The translations under genes and the position numbers were made by a program. A stretch of DNA of 58,853 nt from Sphingobacteriia bacterium (GTDB taxonomy: Bacteria; Bacteroidota; Bacteroidia; NS11-12g; UBA9320): positions 1 through 58,853 of the forward strand of contig VMDK01000043.1 of the NCBI GenBank assembly GCA_008080835.1, written 5' to 3'. Shown here piece by piece: positions 9,801 to 16,812 of the stretch. The stretch's first letter is position 1. Every line of letters begins with the position of its first letter. The notes beneath the pieces are model-generated. The model saw only the letters and a list, made by a program, of their open reading frames with translations, was not told the origin of the DNA and did no database searches.

Positions 9801-9875
9801 ATTGAGTTCCGTGATATTGAAAAAGCTCACAAAAAATAACACAGCGAAACCGGAGAAAAAACGGATCGTTTTCAT
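6819..9875 (-). CDS. large T9SS-secreted surface protein: MAM domain + beta-rich region + 5 tandem Ig-like repeats + PKD domain + T9SS C-terminal sorting domain
   Basis: Signal peptide MKTIRFFSGFAVLFFVSFFNITELNAQ, so I prefer the ATG at 9875. MAM-like N-terminus (FEDF...GWIQD...YMYTEAS...LAYHMHGAAMGSL...DMAIDDFRI). PKD motif (WDFGDGS...H.Y...G.Y.V.LTATN). CTD (VYPNPAS...IYDVNGKLV...GIYFLEI). Confidence 0.85.
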   Translation of the reverse strand: MKTIRFFSGFAVLFFVSFFNITELNAQCISSFPYVEDFEDFDSINIQSVCNTSVRGDTANGWIQDQSDGGEWRSDSSGTGSVGTGPGSTDSTSGAPGGRDFNPGTSSGIYMYTEASATGNACANTVANLISPCFDLSGIKYYDVKLAYHMHGAAMGSLHIDVFDSTKWVTDVWSVSGDQGERWQAVTIPLYLYQRSGIRIRIRAVIGRDFRSDMAIDDFRIEEANPPDQELELTESLLFPSLYHHVPFSQNDSITFGGVATNRGVKTATNVKILAQNGSYIDSVNIGSLTIQEKDTGFIARKHLLSTTANYVTKIFVKADQSDANAANDTFNVYMRLNDSIYSRDNDSLTLGLGFNGAANGELGSMFELVEGDTLTSLGAHIGNLAGTGDSVKLLLYEFGSNVPGNVIDSTAVIYYRGGGYYTAALSCPRILKKGRYFVSVKQLTINNANVGYSDFFYTPNVSFFRGGGGAWTEIADAGFTGLFMVRMHLGRTPYPDTKIIALDTACSGKKYNLQASGAFKYDWAPSNLFQNPTKELQTLTPENSFSVSLTGYNRCGAKTTATKDIVINRTPDGIISDDTTACKGDFITLKASGGSGYQWVDGPANRDWNYQVLDDARVDVIIDTTNGCTRRLSVNVTASQPTVEATADTTMCAGYKLLLNASGANSYQWLNGPANSTYAVRTFADAQYIVEGKDALGCSDFDTVNVTTTAGPDITVSNDTAVCFGQRVTLEASGGVSYDWDGGPQTASYNFLPLTTKHYYVNVEGSNGCVGRDSVEVEVGKRPVISISNDTTICEGSTITLEVVSNDDATFEWNTGQSGKTLPVSPTEATTYTMTASNAIGCFSQDSVRVEVDPLPRAGFRYSLTARDVTFSNTSQNADSYLWDFGDGSDNTDRNTFHRYLQDGDYMVVLTATNDCGSDDTTVMIKIENLGYENLRNSGYQVYPNPASTSINIQKLPGTPLQYDWEIYDVNGKLVDRTFEFIQQSDYQIDVSPLSPGIYFLEITDEHGLNRIKFVKE
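7314..8381 (-). repeat. five tandem ~70-aa Ig-like modules inside the MAM/PKD surface protein
   Basis: The recurring pattern is D-T-x-x-C-x-G-x-x-x-x-L-x-A-S-G-[GA]-x-x-Y-x-W-x-x-G-P ... G-C ... V-x-V, at aa ~521-876 of the track ORF. Coordinates are approximate. Confidence 0.65.
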
Positions 9876-10000
9876 AATGACAGGATTGGTTTTACATAGC
9901 ATACTGACATCTATTTTACACAAAATAGAGGATTGCAACAAGAAATATCAAAAGGCCTTCTCTCCGATTTTTCCTATTAAGCGTAAAAACGAAATATCTC

Positions 10001-10037
10001 TGTGTGAATTTGAACCCTGGAAATAGAAATTCACACA
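10001..10037. promoter_or_regulatory. 11-bp perfect inverted repeat in the divergent purL / surface-protein promoter region
   Basis: TGTGTGAATTT (10001-10011) pairs with AAATTCACACA (10027-10037) across a 15-nt spacer. A related half-site, GTGTAAATTTGCACAC, overlaps the purL -7 box. Confidence 0.4.
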
Positions 10038-10082
10038 TACCGAAAACGTGTCCACAACGCGTCTGTACTTCACCTTTCGGTG

Positions 10083-10090
10083 TAAATTTG
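10083..10090 (+). promoter_or_regulatory. Bacteroidota-type -7 promoter box (TAnnTTTG) for purL
   Basis: TAAATTTG is an exact match to the TAnnTTTG consensus, 25 nt upstream of the purL ATG. Confidence 0.45.
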
Positions 10091-10114
10091 CACACTCAAC
10101 AGAAAGGAATCACC

Positions 10115-12343
10115 ATGACTGAAGTTACCGTTGAAACCGCCAAAGAACTGGGACTACTCCCGGAAGAGTTTGACCTCATTTGTGAGGAGCTGAGCCGTAC
10201 GCCCAATTTCAATGAATTGAGCATCTATTCAGTTATGTGGAGCGAGCACTGCTCCTACAAGAATTCCATTTTCTGGTTGAAGAAATTGCCGAAGGAAGGT
10301 CCAATGATGCTGGCCGAAGCCGGTGAAGAAAATGCCGGTCTGGTCGATATCGGAGAAGGACTTGCGTGCTGCTTCAAGATCGAATCGCACAACCACCCGT
10401 CTGCACTGGAACCGTACCAGGGTGCAGCAACAGGTGTTGGAGGGATAAACCGCGACATCTTCTCTATGGGTGCCCGACCGATCGCACAGCTCAACTCTCT
10501 GCGCTTCGGGAATATCTCCACCGATCGAACACGACGATTGGTCAAAGGAGTGGTAAAAGGTATCGGTGACTACGGAAACTCTTTTGGGATCCCAACGGTA
10601 GGAGGAGAAGTATACTTCGACGACTGCTACGAGACGAATATCCTGGTGAACGCGATGAGCGCAGGGATCGTGGAAGTAGGCAAAACGGTCAGCGCTTCAG
10701 CGGATGGACCGGGCAACCCAGTTTACATCTTCGGATCGCGTACCGGCAAGGATGGTATACACGGAGCTGCATTTGCGTCGAAAGACATCTCAGAAGATTC
10801 TATGGACGATCTGCCTGCTGTTCAGGTGGGTGACCCTTTCTGGGAGAAACTAATTCTCGAAGCGACCATGGAACTCATCGAATCAGGAGCTGTGGTAGGG
10901 TTGCAAGACATGGGTGCAGCTGGGATCACTTGTTCCACTTCGGAAATGAGTGCGAAGAGCGGCACGGGAATGAGCATAGACCTGGATAAGGTTCCATTAC
11001 GACAAGATGATATGACCGCCTGGGAGATCCTCCTTAGCGAATCACAGGAACGCATGCTTGCTGTGGTCGAAAAAGGACGAGAAGCAGATGTTGAGAAGAT
11101 CCTGCATAAGTGGGATCTCATGTTTGCCCAGATCGGTGAGGTGAACGATACCGGCCGAGTGGTATTCTATAGAAATGGCGAGCTCGAAGCTGACCTGCCA
11201 GCGGACCATCTTGTATTGGGTGGAGGTGCTCCAGTATATGAGCGTGAATTCGAACGTCCGGCGTATATGGACAAGATCGATGCCTTCTCGACGGACGACA
11301 TCAGCGAACCTCAGAATCACAAGAAAGTGGCGAAGTTCCTCGCTGGATTGCCAAATATCGCTTCCAAGCGTTGGGTTTATCAGCAATATGATTCCATGGT
11401 AGGAACTGTGAATCAAAGCACAAATAAACCTACGGATGCTGCCATCGTTCAGATCAAAGGGACGGATCGCTCCCTTGCACTTACAGTGGATTGCAACACA
11501 AGATACGTCTATGCCGATCCTGAAGTAGGAACTTCGATCGCCGTAGCCGAGGCAGCACGAAACATCGTTTGTGCAGGAGGTATCCCATCAGCGATCACGA
11601 ACTGCCTGAACTTCGGGAACCCATACGACAAAGGCGTATACTATCAGTTCAAGAATGCCATCATGGGTATGAAGGCTGCTTGTGAGAAATTCGGAACTCC
11701 GGTGACCGGAGGTAATGTGAGTTTCTACAATCAGAACACGGAAGATGGTACCGCAGTCTATCCTACCCCAACCATCGGAATGGTAGGATTGGTGGAGAAT
11801 CAGGACTACGTAACTAGCCTGGATTTCAAGAACGAAGGTGACGTGATCATCCTACTTGGACGAGACGTAGCGAGCATTGGTTCATCACAATATGTATCCA
11901 AATTTCACGGAATAGAGTTTTCACATGCTCCGCATTTTGATCTGGACGAAGAATATGACGTGCAGCAACTGACCAGTCGATTGATCCGTACCGGAAAAGT
12001 GGAAAGTTGCCACGATATCTCTGAAGGAGGCCTGTTCATCAATATCCTCGAAAGCTGCATGCCGAGTGGGTTTGGTGCCGACATCAAAACCAATCAAAGC
12101 GAACGCACCGATGTGTATCTTTTTGGTGAGAGTCAAGGTCGCATCGTGATCTCTGTAAAACCGGAGAACCTCCCATTCATCCAAGCTGAACTCGACGCCA
12201 GCGACGTCCATCACAAAGTGATCGGTGAAGTGAGTGGCAACCACATCTTTGTCGATGACGAAGACTTCGGAAGCGTGCTTGAATACAAAGAGATCTACGA
12301 CAACGCCCTGGAAGAGAAGTTGGGACTGTTGGAAAAAGCGTAG
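10115..12343 (+). CDS. purL: phosphoribosylformylglycinamidine synthase subunit PurL (FGAM synthase II)
   Basis: Conserved PurL motifs (SEHCSYKNS, FKIESHNHPSALEPYQGAATGVGG, DVAVQVGDPF-like AVQVGDPFWEK). Length is ~743 aa from the ATG at 10115. Confidence 0.95.
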   Translation: MTEVTVETAKELGLLPEEFDLICEELSRTPNFNELSIYSVMWSEHCSYKNSIFWLKKLPKEGPMMLAEAGEENAGLVDIGEGLACCFKIESHNHPSALEPYQGAATGVGGINRDIFSMGARPIAQLNSLRFGNISTDRTRRLVKGVVKGIGDYGNSFGIPTVGGEVYFDDCYETNILVNAMSAGIVEVGKTVSASADGPGNPVYIFGSRTGKDGIHGAAFASKDISEDSMDDLPAVQVGDPFWEKLILEATMELIESGAVVGLQDMGAAGITCSTSEMSAKSGTGMSIDLDKVPLRQDDMTAWEILLSESQERMLAVVEKGREADVEKILHKWDLMFAQIGEVNDTGRVVFYRNGELEADLPADHLVLGGGAPVYEREFERPAYMDKIDAFSTDDISEPQNHKKVAKFLAGLPNIASKRWVYQQYDSMVGTVNQSTNKPTDAAIVQIKGTDRSLALTVDCNTRYVYADPEVGTSIAVAEAARNIVCAGGIPSAITNCLNFGNPYDKGVYYQFKNAIMGMKAACEKFGTPVTGGNVSFYNQNTEDGTAVYPTPTIGMVGLVENQDYVTSLDFKNEGDVIILLGRDVASIGSSQYVSKFHGIEFSHAPHFDLDEEYDVQQLTSRLIRTGKVESCHDISEGGLFINILESCMPSGFGADIKTNQSERTDVYLFGESQGRIVISVKPENLPFIQAELDASDVHHKVIGEVSGNHIFVDDEDFGSVLEYKEIYDNALEEKLGLLEKA

Positions 12344-12368
12344 CGATCTCCTAAAAAAATAATCCTTT

Positions 12369-12440
12369 CGCGGGTATTTACCCGTGATTGGATCAGACCA
12401 ACACTATTAAATTGGACTTTGTCAGGGATAAATATCCGCG
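12369..12440. other. long imperfect hairpin in the convergent intergenic gap
   Basis: Arms CGCGGGTATTTACCCGTGA (12369-12387) and TCAGGGATAAATATCCGCG (12422-12440) give 16 Watson-Crick pairs, 1 G-U and 2 mismatches over 19 positions. Confidence 0.5.
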
Positions 12441-12454
12441 ACAGCAGGACAGAA

Positions 12455-12488
12455 TTTGTAGGTTAAAGGCATGCCTCTAACCTACAAA
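12455..12488. terminator. strong hairpin between convergent purL and the TonB-dependent receptor gene (possible bidirectional terminator)
   Basis: 11-bp perfect stem TTTGTAGGTTA / TAACCTACAAA around the 12-nt loop AAGGCATGCCTC. It is flanked by T-rich and A-rich runs, with no canonical U-tract directly 3' on either strand. Confidence 0.45.
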
Positions 12489-12507
12489 AATGGCTTAATA
12501 CGCTGAA

Positions 12508-15336
12508 TTAAAAGCGAAGCTTCAACCCGAACAGTAATTGTCTCGGAGCAAGGAAACGCGCAGGGTTATTGGGAGGTGTCCCACTTTCTTCCGGACCGAT
12601 GTAGCGAGGATCACGCCAGTTGTTTGGAACATCATCACCCTCTCGGTATGCGTCACCAGTCACCGGGTTGATCAACTGAGCGTTTTGGTTGTTCCACAAG
12701 TTCCGAGCCTCCACACTCAAGGTGATGCCTTTTTGCTTGTCCTTCACAAAGCGGAACGTTCGATTGACCTTCAGATCGGTGTTGATCCAGGGTTTTGCTC
12801 GCTCCTGCAAGTACTGATCGATCTGAGTAGCGTAGAGCGGTCGCCCAAGTGTATTGTACCCTTCTAGTTCCTGAGGAGTATAACGGTATCCGCTTTGGAA
12901 ATTAGTCGAAAGGAAGAATTGCGTATTCTTGAGCCAGTTGGGGAGGAAGTGTAACGCTGTATCATAATTCAGTGCGATCCCGACGGTGGTATTCCAAGGG
13001 CGGTCCCAGGCCAGGAACTGCTCCGTGCTCAGCGGCACCTCACCTGTTTGAGCGATCTGTAAGCTCGATTCTCTGGCAGAGTTGGACTTACCTCGTGCGA
13101 CTTGATAGGTCAGGTTCCAGAAGGTTCTGAAGTATTCTCCGATGCGATATTGCAGCGAGAATTCTGCACCCAGGATCTTGGCATAATCCTGATTGATGAA
13201 CATGACCTTCGTCACCGGACGACCTGTCTGATCCTTCACGATCACTGAGCGCGATACGATGTAATCAAATCGGTTGTTGTTATAGCCCGCCAGCGTGATG
13301 GCAAAATCCCGTGTGATCTGTGATTTGTAACCTACTTCATACGCTACGTTCACCTCCGGGTTCAGGTCCGGGTTCCCCAAATTGGAAAGGAAGGAACGAT
13401 CCTGATATTCCGGATCGAGTCCGGCATACACAAAGCGAGGATGCGGCAGGCGCATGCTGTGGCTGTAATTAAAATACAAGCTGTTGTTCGATGTAACCGG
13501 AAAACTCACATTGACCTTGGGGAGTAATCTCACTTTGTAGCGCAAGCCAAACAGTCCGAAGGTGTTCTCCATATAATCCTCCCGCACCTGATCGATCACG
13601 GGAGCATTCGGATCGTTCACTGCATCATCGGCGAATTTGCCCGGAGCCCAGTAATTCAATCTCATACCGAGGGAGGCAATGATGCCTTTGTATTTGATCT
13701 TATCCGTCACATACAACCCGCCATTGTTAGGCTTCACACGCCAGATATCGTTGGATGATCCAATGGAGATCGATGGCGTTGAAACGGAGTCATTGATCTG
13801 GATGGGAGCTCCAACCCAGGGGCGACTCACATCAACCCATTGGTAGTCATTGAACTTATGTTCAAATCCAAATTTGAACTGATGTTTTTGATTCTTGGGG
13901 AAATAGCTCAATGAGCCTTTGAAGGTCAATTCATTCACATAGTGATCGTGCCAAGTGCCACTGATCCCGCCGTTATTGATAAGTCCCGGACCGGGTAAAA
14001 CGAATTGGACATTCCCATTCGGATTGAAGACCTCTACCGGATCGGTCACTATGGACTCTTCATCGTAGATCGATTCCACGGTTTCGGATCTGAATGCACG
14101 ACCATTTGCATCAGCTCGAAGGTTGGTAAATAACCGACCCACTGTTCCACTGAGGATCAGTTTCTCATTGATCGTATGCCGGACATTCAACGCCGTCAGG
14201 TTTGCTTGATGCGTATAGGTTGTCGCATTGTCGAGATTCAAGCTTCTATTGAACTGGAAACCTGGCGCCAAGATGGCATCAAACCCAACGATCTGCAGCG
14301 TTCGCGTATTCTGGTTCACCATCAAACTGTGCTGGTTCGTCAGTGTGAATTTGGTTCCAGCTCTTGGGCTGAAACTCAACTTGACCGTATGTGTGTATTG
14401 GTTGGCTTGTCTGGGAGCCCAGAACGAATCATTGTTCGTGAACAAAGAACTATGCAACTGATTTGCGGTAGGGCCGAAATAATTATCGGACAAACGCATG
14501 GTCACGTTATTAAAGAAAAGCAGCTTCTTCTTCGTACCCGGGATTGCCCCTCCAATGCTGAACTCACCGACGTCAGTATTCCACGCCCAGGGCTGATCAA
14601 TGAATCCGAGATGGTCGCTTTGCCAGTTCAAACTCCATTGCAGGTTCTCGGTTCCTTCCCGGATAACTGTGGAGATCACTCCGGCTGATCCGTCACCGTA
14701 TTCTGCACCGGCGCCACCGGTGACCAGTTCGAGTTCACCAATAGATCCCGATGCCACTTCCACACCAAATCCGGTTCCTGCAAGTGGATCCTGTGCCGTG
14801 ATATTATCGACCACATATTGCGTCTCATAGACCCTGGCACCACGGATCTGCAGACCGTCTGTGGTTTTGCTGACCCCCGCTTGCATGGCAACCACTTCTT
14901 TAACGTCGCGCACGTTCATTTCTGCGATGTCCTTGCGTTGTACCGTAACCCTTGAATCGGCACCATCCAGTTTGACGATCGCCTTTTTCCCGATCACCTT
15001 GACTGTTTCAAATGAATTGACTTGCGAAGTCATCGGTGCATTCAGTGTAGTAATCTTACCGCGTTGGATGCGAACACCCGTGAAGACCTTCTCCACGTAA
15101 CCTACGTAAAATACTTTGACCGTATAATCTCCCGGTTTGATACCCTCGATCGAGAAGTTTCCATCTTCATCGGAGATCCCACCATGGTACGTCCCTACTA
15201 TCGATATTGTGGCACTGAACAACGGATCTTTGGTGTCCATGTCCGTCACTGTTCCCCTTAAGGTGCCATACAGCTGCGCTTGCGCCAAAGCGGCTATCAT
15301 GACGAGAAGTGTCGATATGGAAAGGCGTCTTATCAC
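12508..15336 (-). CDS. TonB-dependent outer-membrane receptor with N-terminal carboxypeptidase-regulatory-like domain
   Basis: Signal peptide, CarbopepD_reg-like start (GTLRGTVTDMDTKDPLFSATISIVG...DGNFSIEGIKPGDYTVKV), plug region (DIAEMNVRDVKEVVAMQAGV) and a long beta-barrel ending in a terminal F. The GTG start overlaps the upstream stop (GTGA). Confidence 0.9.
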   Translation of the reverse strand: MIRRLSISTLLVMIAALAQAQLYGTLRGTVTDMDTKDPLFSATISIVGTYHGGISDEDGNFSIEGIKPGDYTVKVFYVGYVEKVFTGVRIQRGKITTLNAPMTSQVNSFETVKVIGKKAIVKLDGADSRVTVQRKDIAEMNVRDVKEVVAMQAGVSKTTDGLQIRGARVYETQYVVDNITAQDPLAGTGFGVEVASGSIGELELVTGGAGAEYGDGSAGVISTVIREGTENLQWSLNWQSDHLGFIDQPWAWNTDVGEFSIGGAIPGTKKKLLFFNNVTMRLSDNYFGPTANQLHSSLFTNNDSFWAPRQANQYTHTVKLSFSPRAGTKFTLTNQHSLMVNQNTRTLQIVGFDAILAPGFQFNRSLNLDNATTYTHQANLTALNVRHTINEKLILSGTVGRLFTNLRADANGRAFRSETVESIYDEESIVTDPVEVFNPNGNVQFVLPGPGLINNGGISGTWHDHYVNELTFKGSLSYFPKNQKHQFKFGFEHKFNDYQWVDVSRPWVGAPIQINDSVSTPSISIGSSNDIWRVKPNNGGLYVTDKIKYKGIIASLGMRLNYWAPGKFADDAVNDPNAPVIDQVREDYMENTFGLFGLRYKVRLLPKVNVSFPVTSNNSLYFNYSHSMRLPHPRFVYAGLDPEYQDRSFLSNLGNPDLNPEVNVAYEVGYKSQITRDFAITLAGYNNNRFDYIVSRSVIVKDQTGRPVTKVMFINQDYAKILGAEFSLQYRIGEYFRTFWNLTYQVARGKSNSARESSLQIAQTGEVPLSTEQFLAWDRPWNTTVGIALNYDTALHFLPNWLKNTQFFLSTNFQSGYRYTPQELEGYNTLGRPLYATQIDQYLQERAKPWINTDLKVNRTFRFVKDKQKGITLSVEARNLWNNQNAQLINPVTGDAYREGDDVPNNWRDPRYIGPEESGTPPNNPARFLAPRQLLFGLKLRF

Positions 15337-16787
15337 CAGTTGAATTCTTCGTTGAATATTTTATCAAACAGCGAATTGAGTGCTGAAGGATCCTTACTGA
15401 ATCGGTACAGCTCCACTCCGAAGAAGACTTGCTTCGTGTTGCCATTCTCCTCACGAATCACCCCCACGATATCTGTTCCTTTCCAGGCGCCGAACGCTTT
15501 TAATTGGGCCTTGTAGATCGGTTTGGCATCGATGGTCGGCACAAAAGGATCCGCACCCAAAAGCAAGGACGTAGGACTCAAGGATGGGAAACCGGCCTGA
15601 TCGGAATAGATAGAACTATCCGTTTCGATCACGGCCTGCCCACTTGTTTGACTTAGGCTATCGACCGGAAATGCTCCTCTGATATCCACCGGATCAAAAC
15701 CGGGTGGGAAACTGGTTGTCACAAATGACTTTCCTCCACCATCGGTGAAATTCTGCATAACCGGAGCAGCAAATTCCAGCAAAATCGCAGACTGACCGGT
15801 TAGTGGATTAGCGAACAATGACTGATCCGTGTTGAACATGAGCTTGTCGTACATCTCCGTCAGCAAGGTGAATGTAGGATTCCAAAACACAGGTTGGTTC
15901 TTACCGTTTCCATCGGCAAAGTCAATGGCATCGTAACCATTGCTGTATACGGAATTCACTATGTCGCGATATGCCTGATTGACATTGGAAGGCTGACCGT
16001 TGATCAACAGGAGATCGCTGTTTTGCTTCTTATTATAGAGCACTGACGCTGTGTCTATCGTACTCTCCGTCCCTGCGATGTCGACGACTTTGAGATACAG
16101 GATATTGCCCCCATCATTTTGCCATCCATCGATCAGATCGGGAAGTGCGTTCAAGTCGGTTTGATAGAACACTTGCGCATTAGTACTTCCGGCAGTTTGC
16201 GGGTTGTCGCTTCGCAAACTGATCATCGGTTGCGAACGGTCGATCTCGTACCAGGTGCCTTCATTCACACGGAGGTAAGCATTGGTTACGGTGTTATCTC
16301 CATCCGGATCTGAATAAGTCCATCTGAAGGTCAACACACCGAATGTGGTATCCTTTGGATATGAATCCGTCTCGAAATCAACCACAGGTGGAGAGTTCTT
16401 CAACGGTACCCTCAGATAAGCTGGGGTGGCATCTACGTTTCCTTCATTATCGATAGCTCGGATATGAAAATCGATGTCTGCACTATCCTGCCCTGCGGCA
16501 ATGGAAAATTTGAAAACAGAATCCCGTTTTTCAGTACGGAACCAATTCTCCTCATCTATGGAGAATTCGTATCCAACCACGTATCCATCTTTATCTGTCC
16601 CGTACCAGCTCAGTCTAACAGAACTGTTCAGACGATCTTCACCAGTGAGGTCTATCTTCTCTATGGAAATAAAGGTGTCAGGAGGAAATTCTCCGACCAT
16701 TTCTTCATCCACACAAGAGCCAAAAAAGCAAAGGAAGCCCATGCTCATTGCGAGCAGCATGATGTTCACGGGCTTCCTGTTTTTCAT
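15333..16787 (-). CDS. hypothetical lipoprotein with FN3/Ig-like N-terminal modules (operon partner of the TonB-dependent receptor)
   Basis: Lipobox (LCFFGSC). Two modules resemble each other (LSWYGTDKDGYVVGYEFS... / FRWTYSDPDGDNTVTNAYL...). The C-terminal half was not recognised. Confidence 0.7.
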   Translation of the reverse strand: MKNRKPVNIMLLAMSMGFLCFFGSCVDEEMVGEFPPDTFISIEKIDLTGEDRLNSSVRLSWYGTDKDGYVVGYEFSIDEENWFRTEKRDSVFKFSIAAGQDSADIDFHIRAIDNEGNVDATPAYLRVPLKNSPPVVDFETDSYPKDTTFGVLTFRWTYSDPDGDNTVTNAYLRVNEGTWYEIDRSQPMISLRSDNPQTAGSTNAQVFYQTDLNALPDLIDGWQNDGGNILYLKVVDIAGTESTIDTASVLYNKKQNSDLLLINGQPSNVNQAYRDIVNSVYSNGYDAIDFADGNGKNQPVFWNPTFTLLTEMYDKLMFNTDQSLFANPLTGQSAILLEFAAPVMQNFTDGGGKSFVTTSFPPGFDPVDIRGAFPVDSLSQTSGQAVIETDSSIYSDQAGFPSLSPTSLLLGADPFVPTIDAKPIYKAQLKAFGAWKGTDIVGVIREENGNTKQVFFGVELYRFSKDPSALNSLFDKIFNEEFNW

Positions 16788-16812
16788 AATTCAGAAACTG
16801 ATCTCAAATGGA

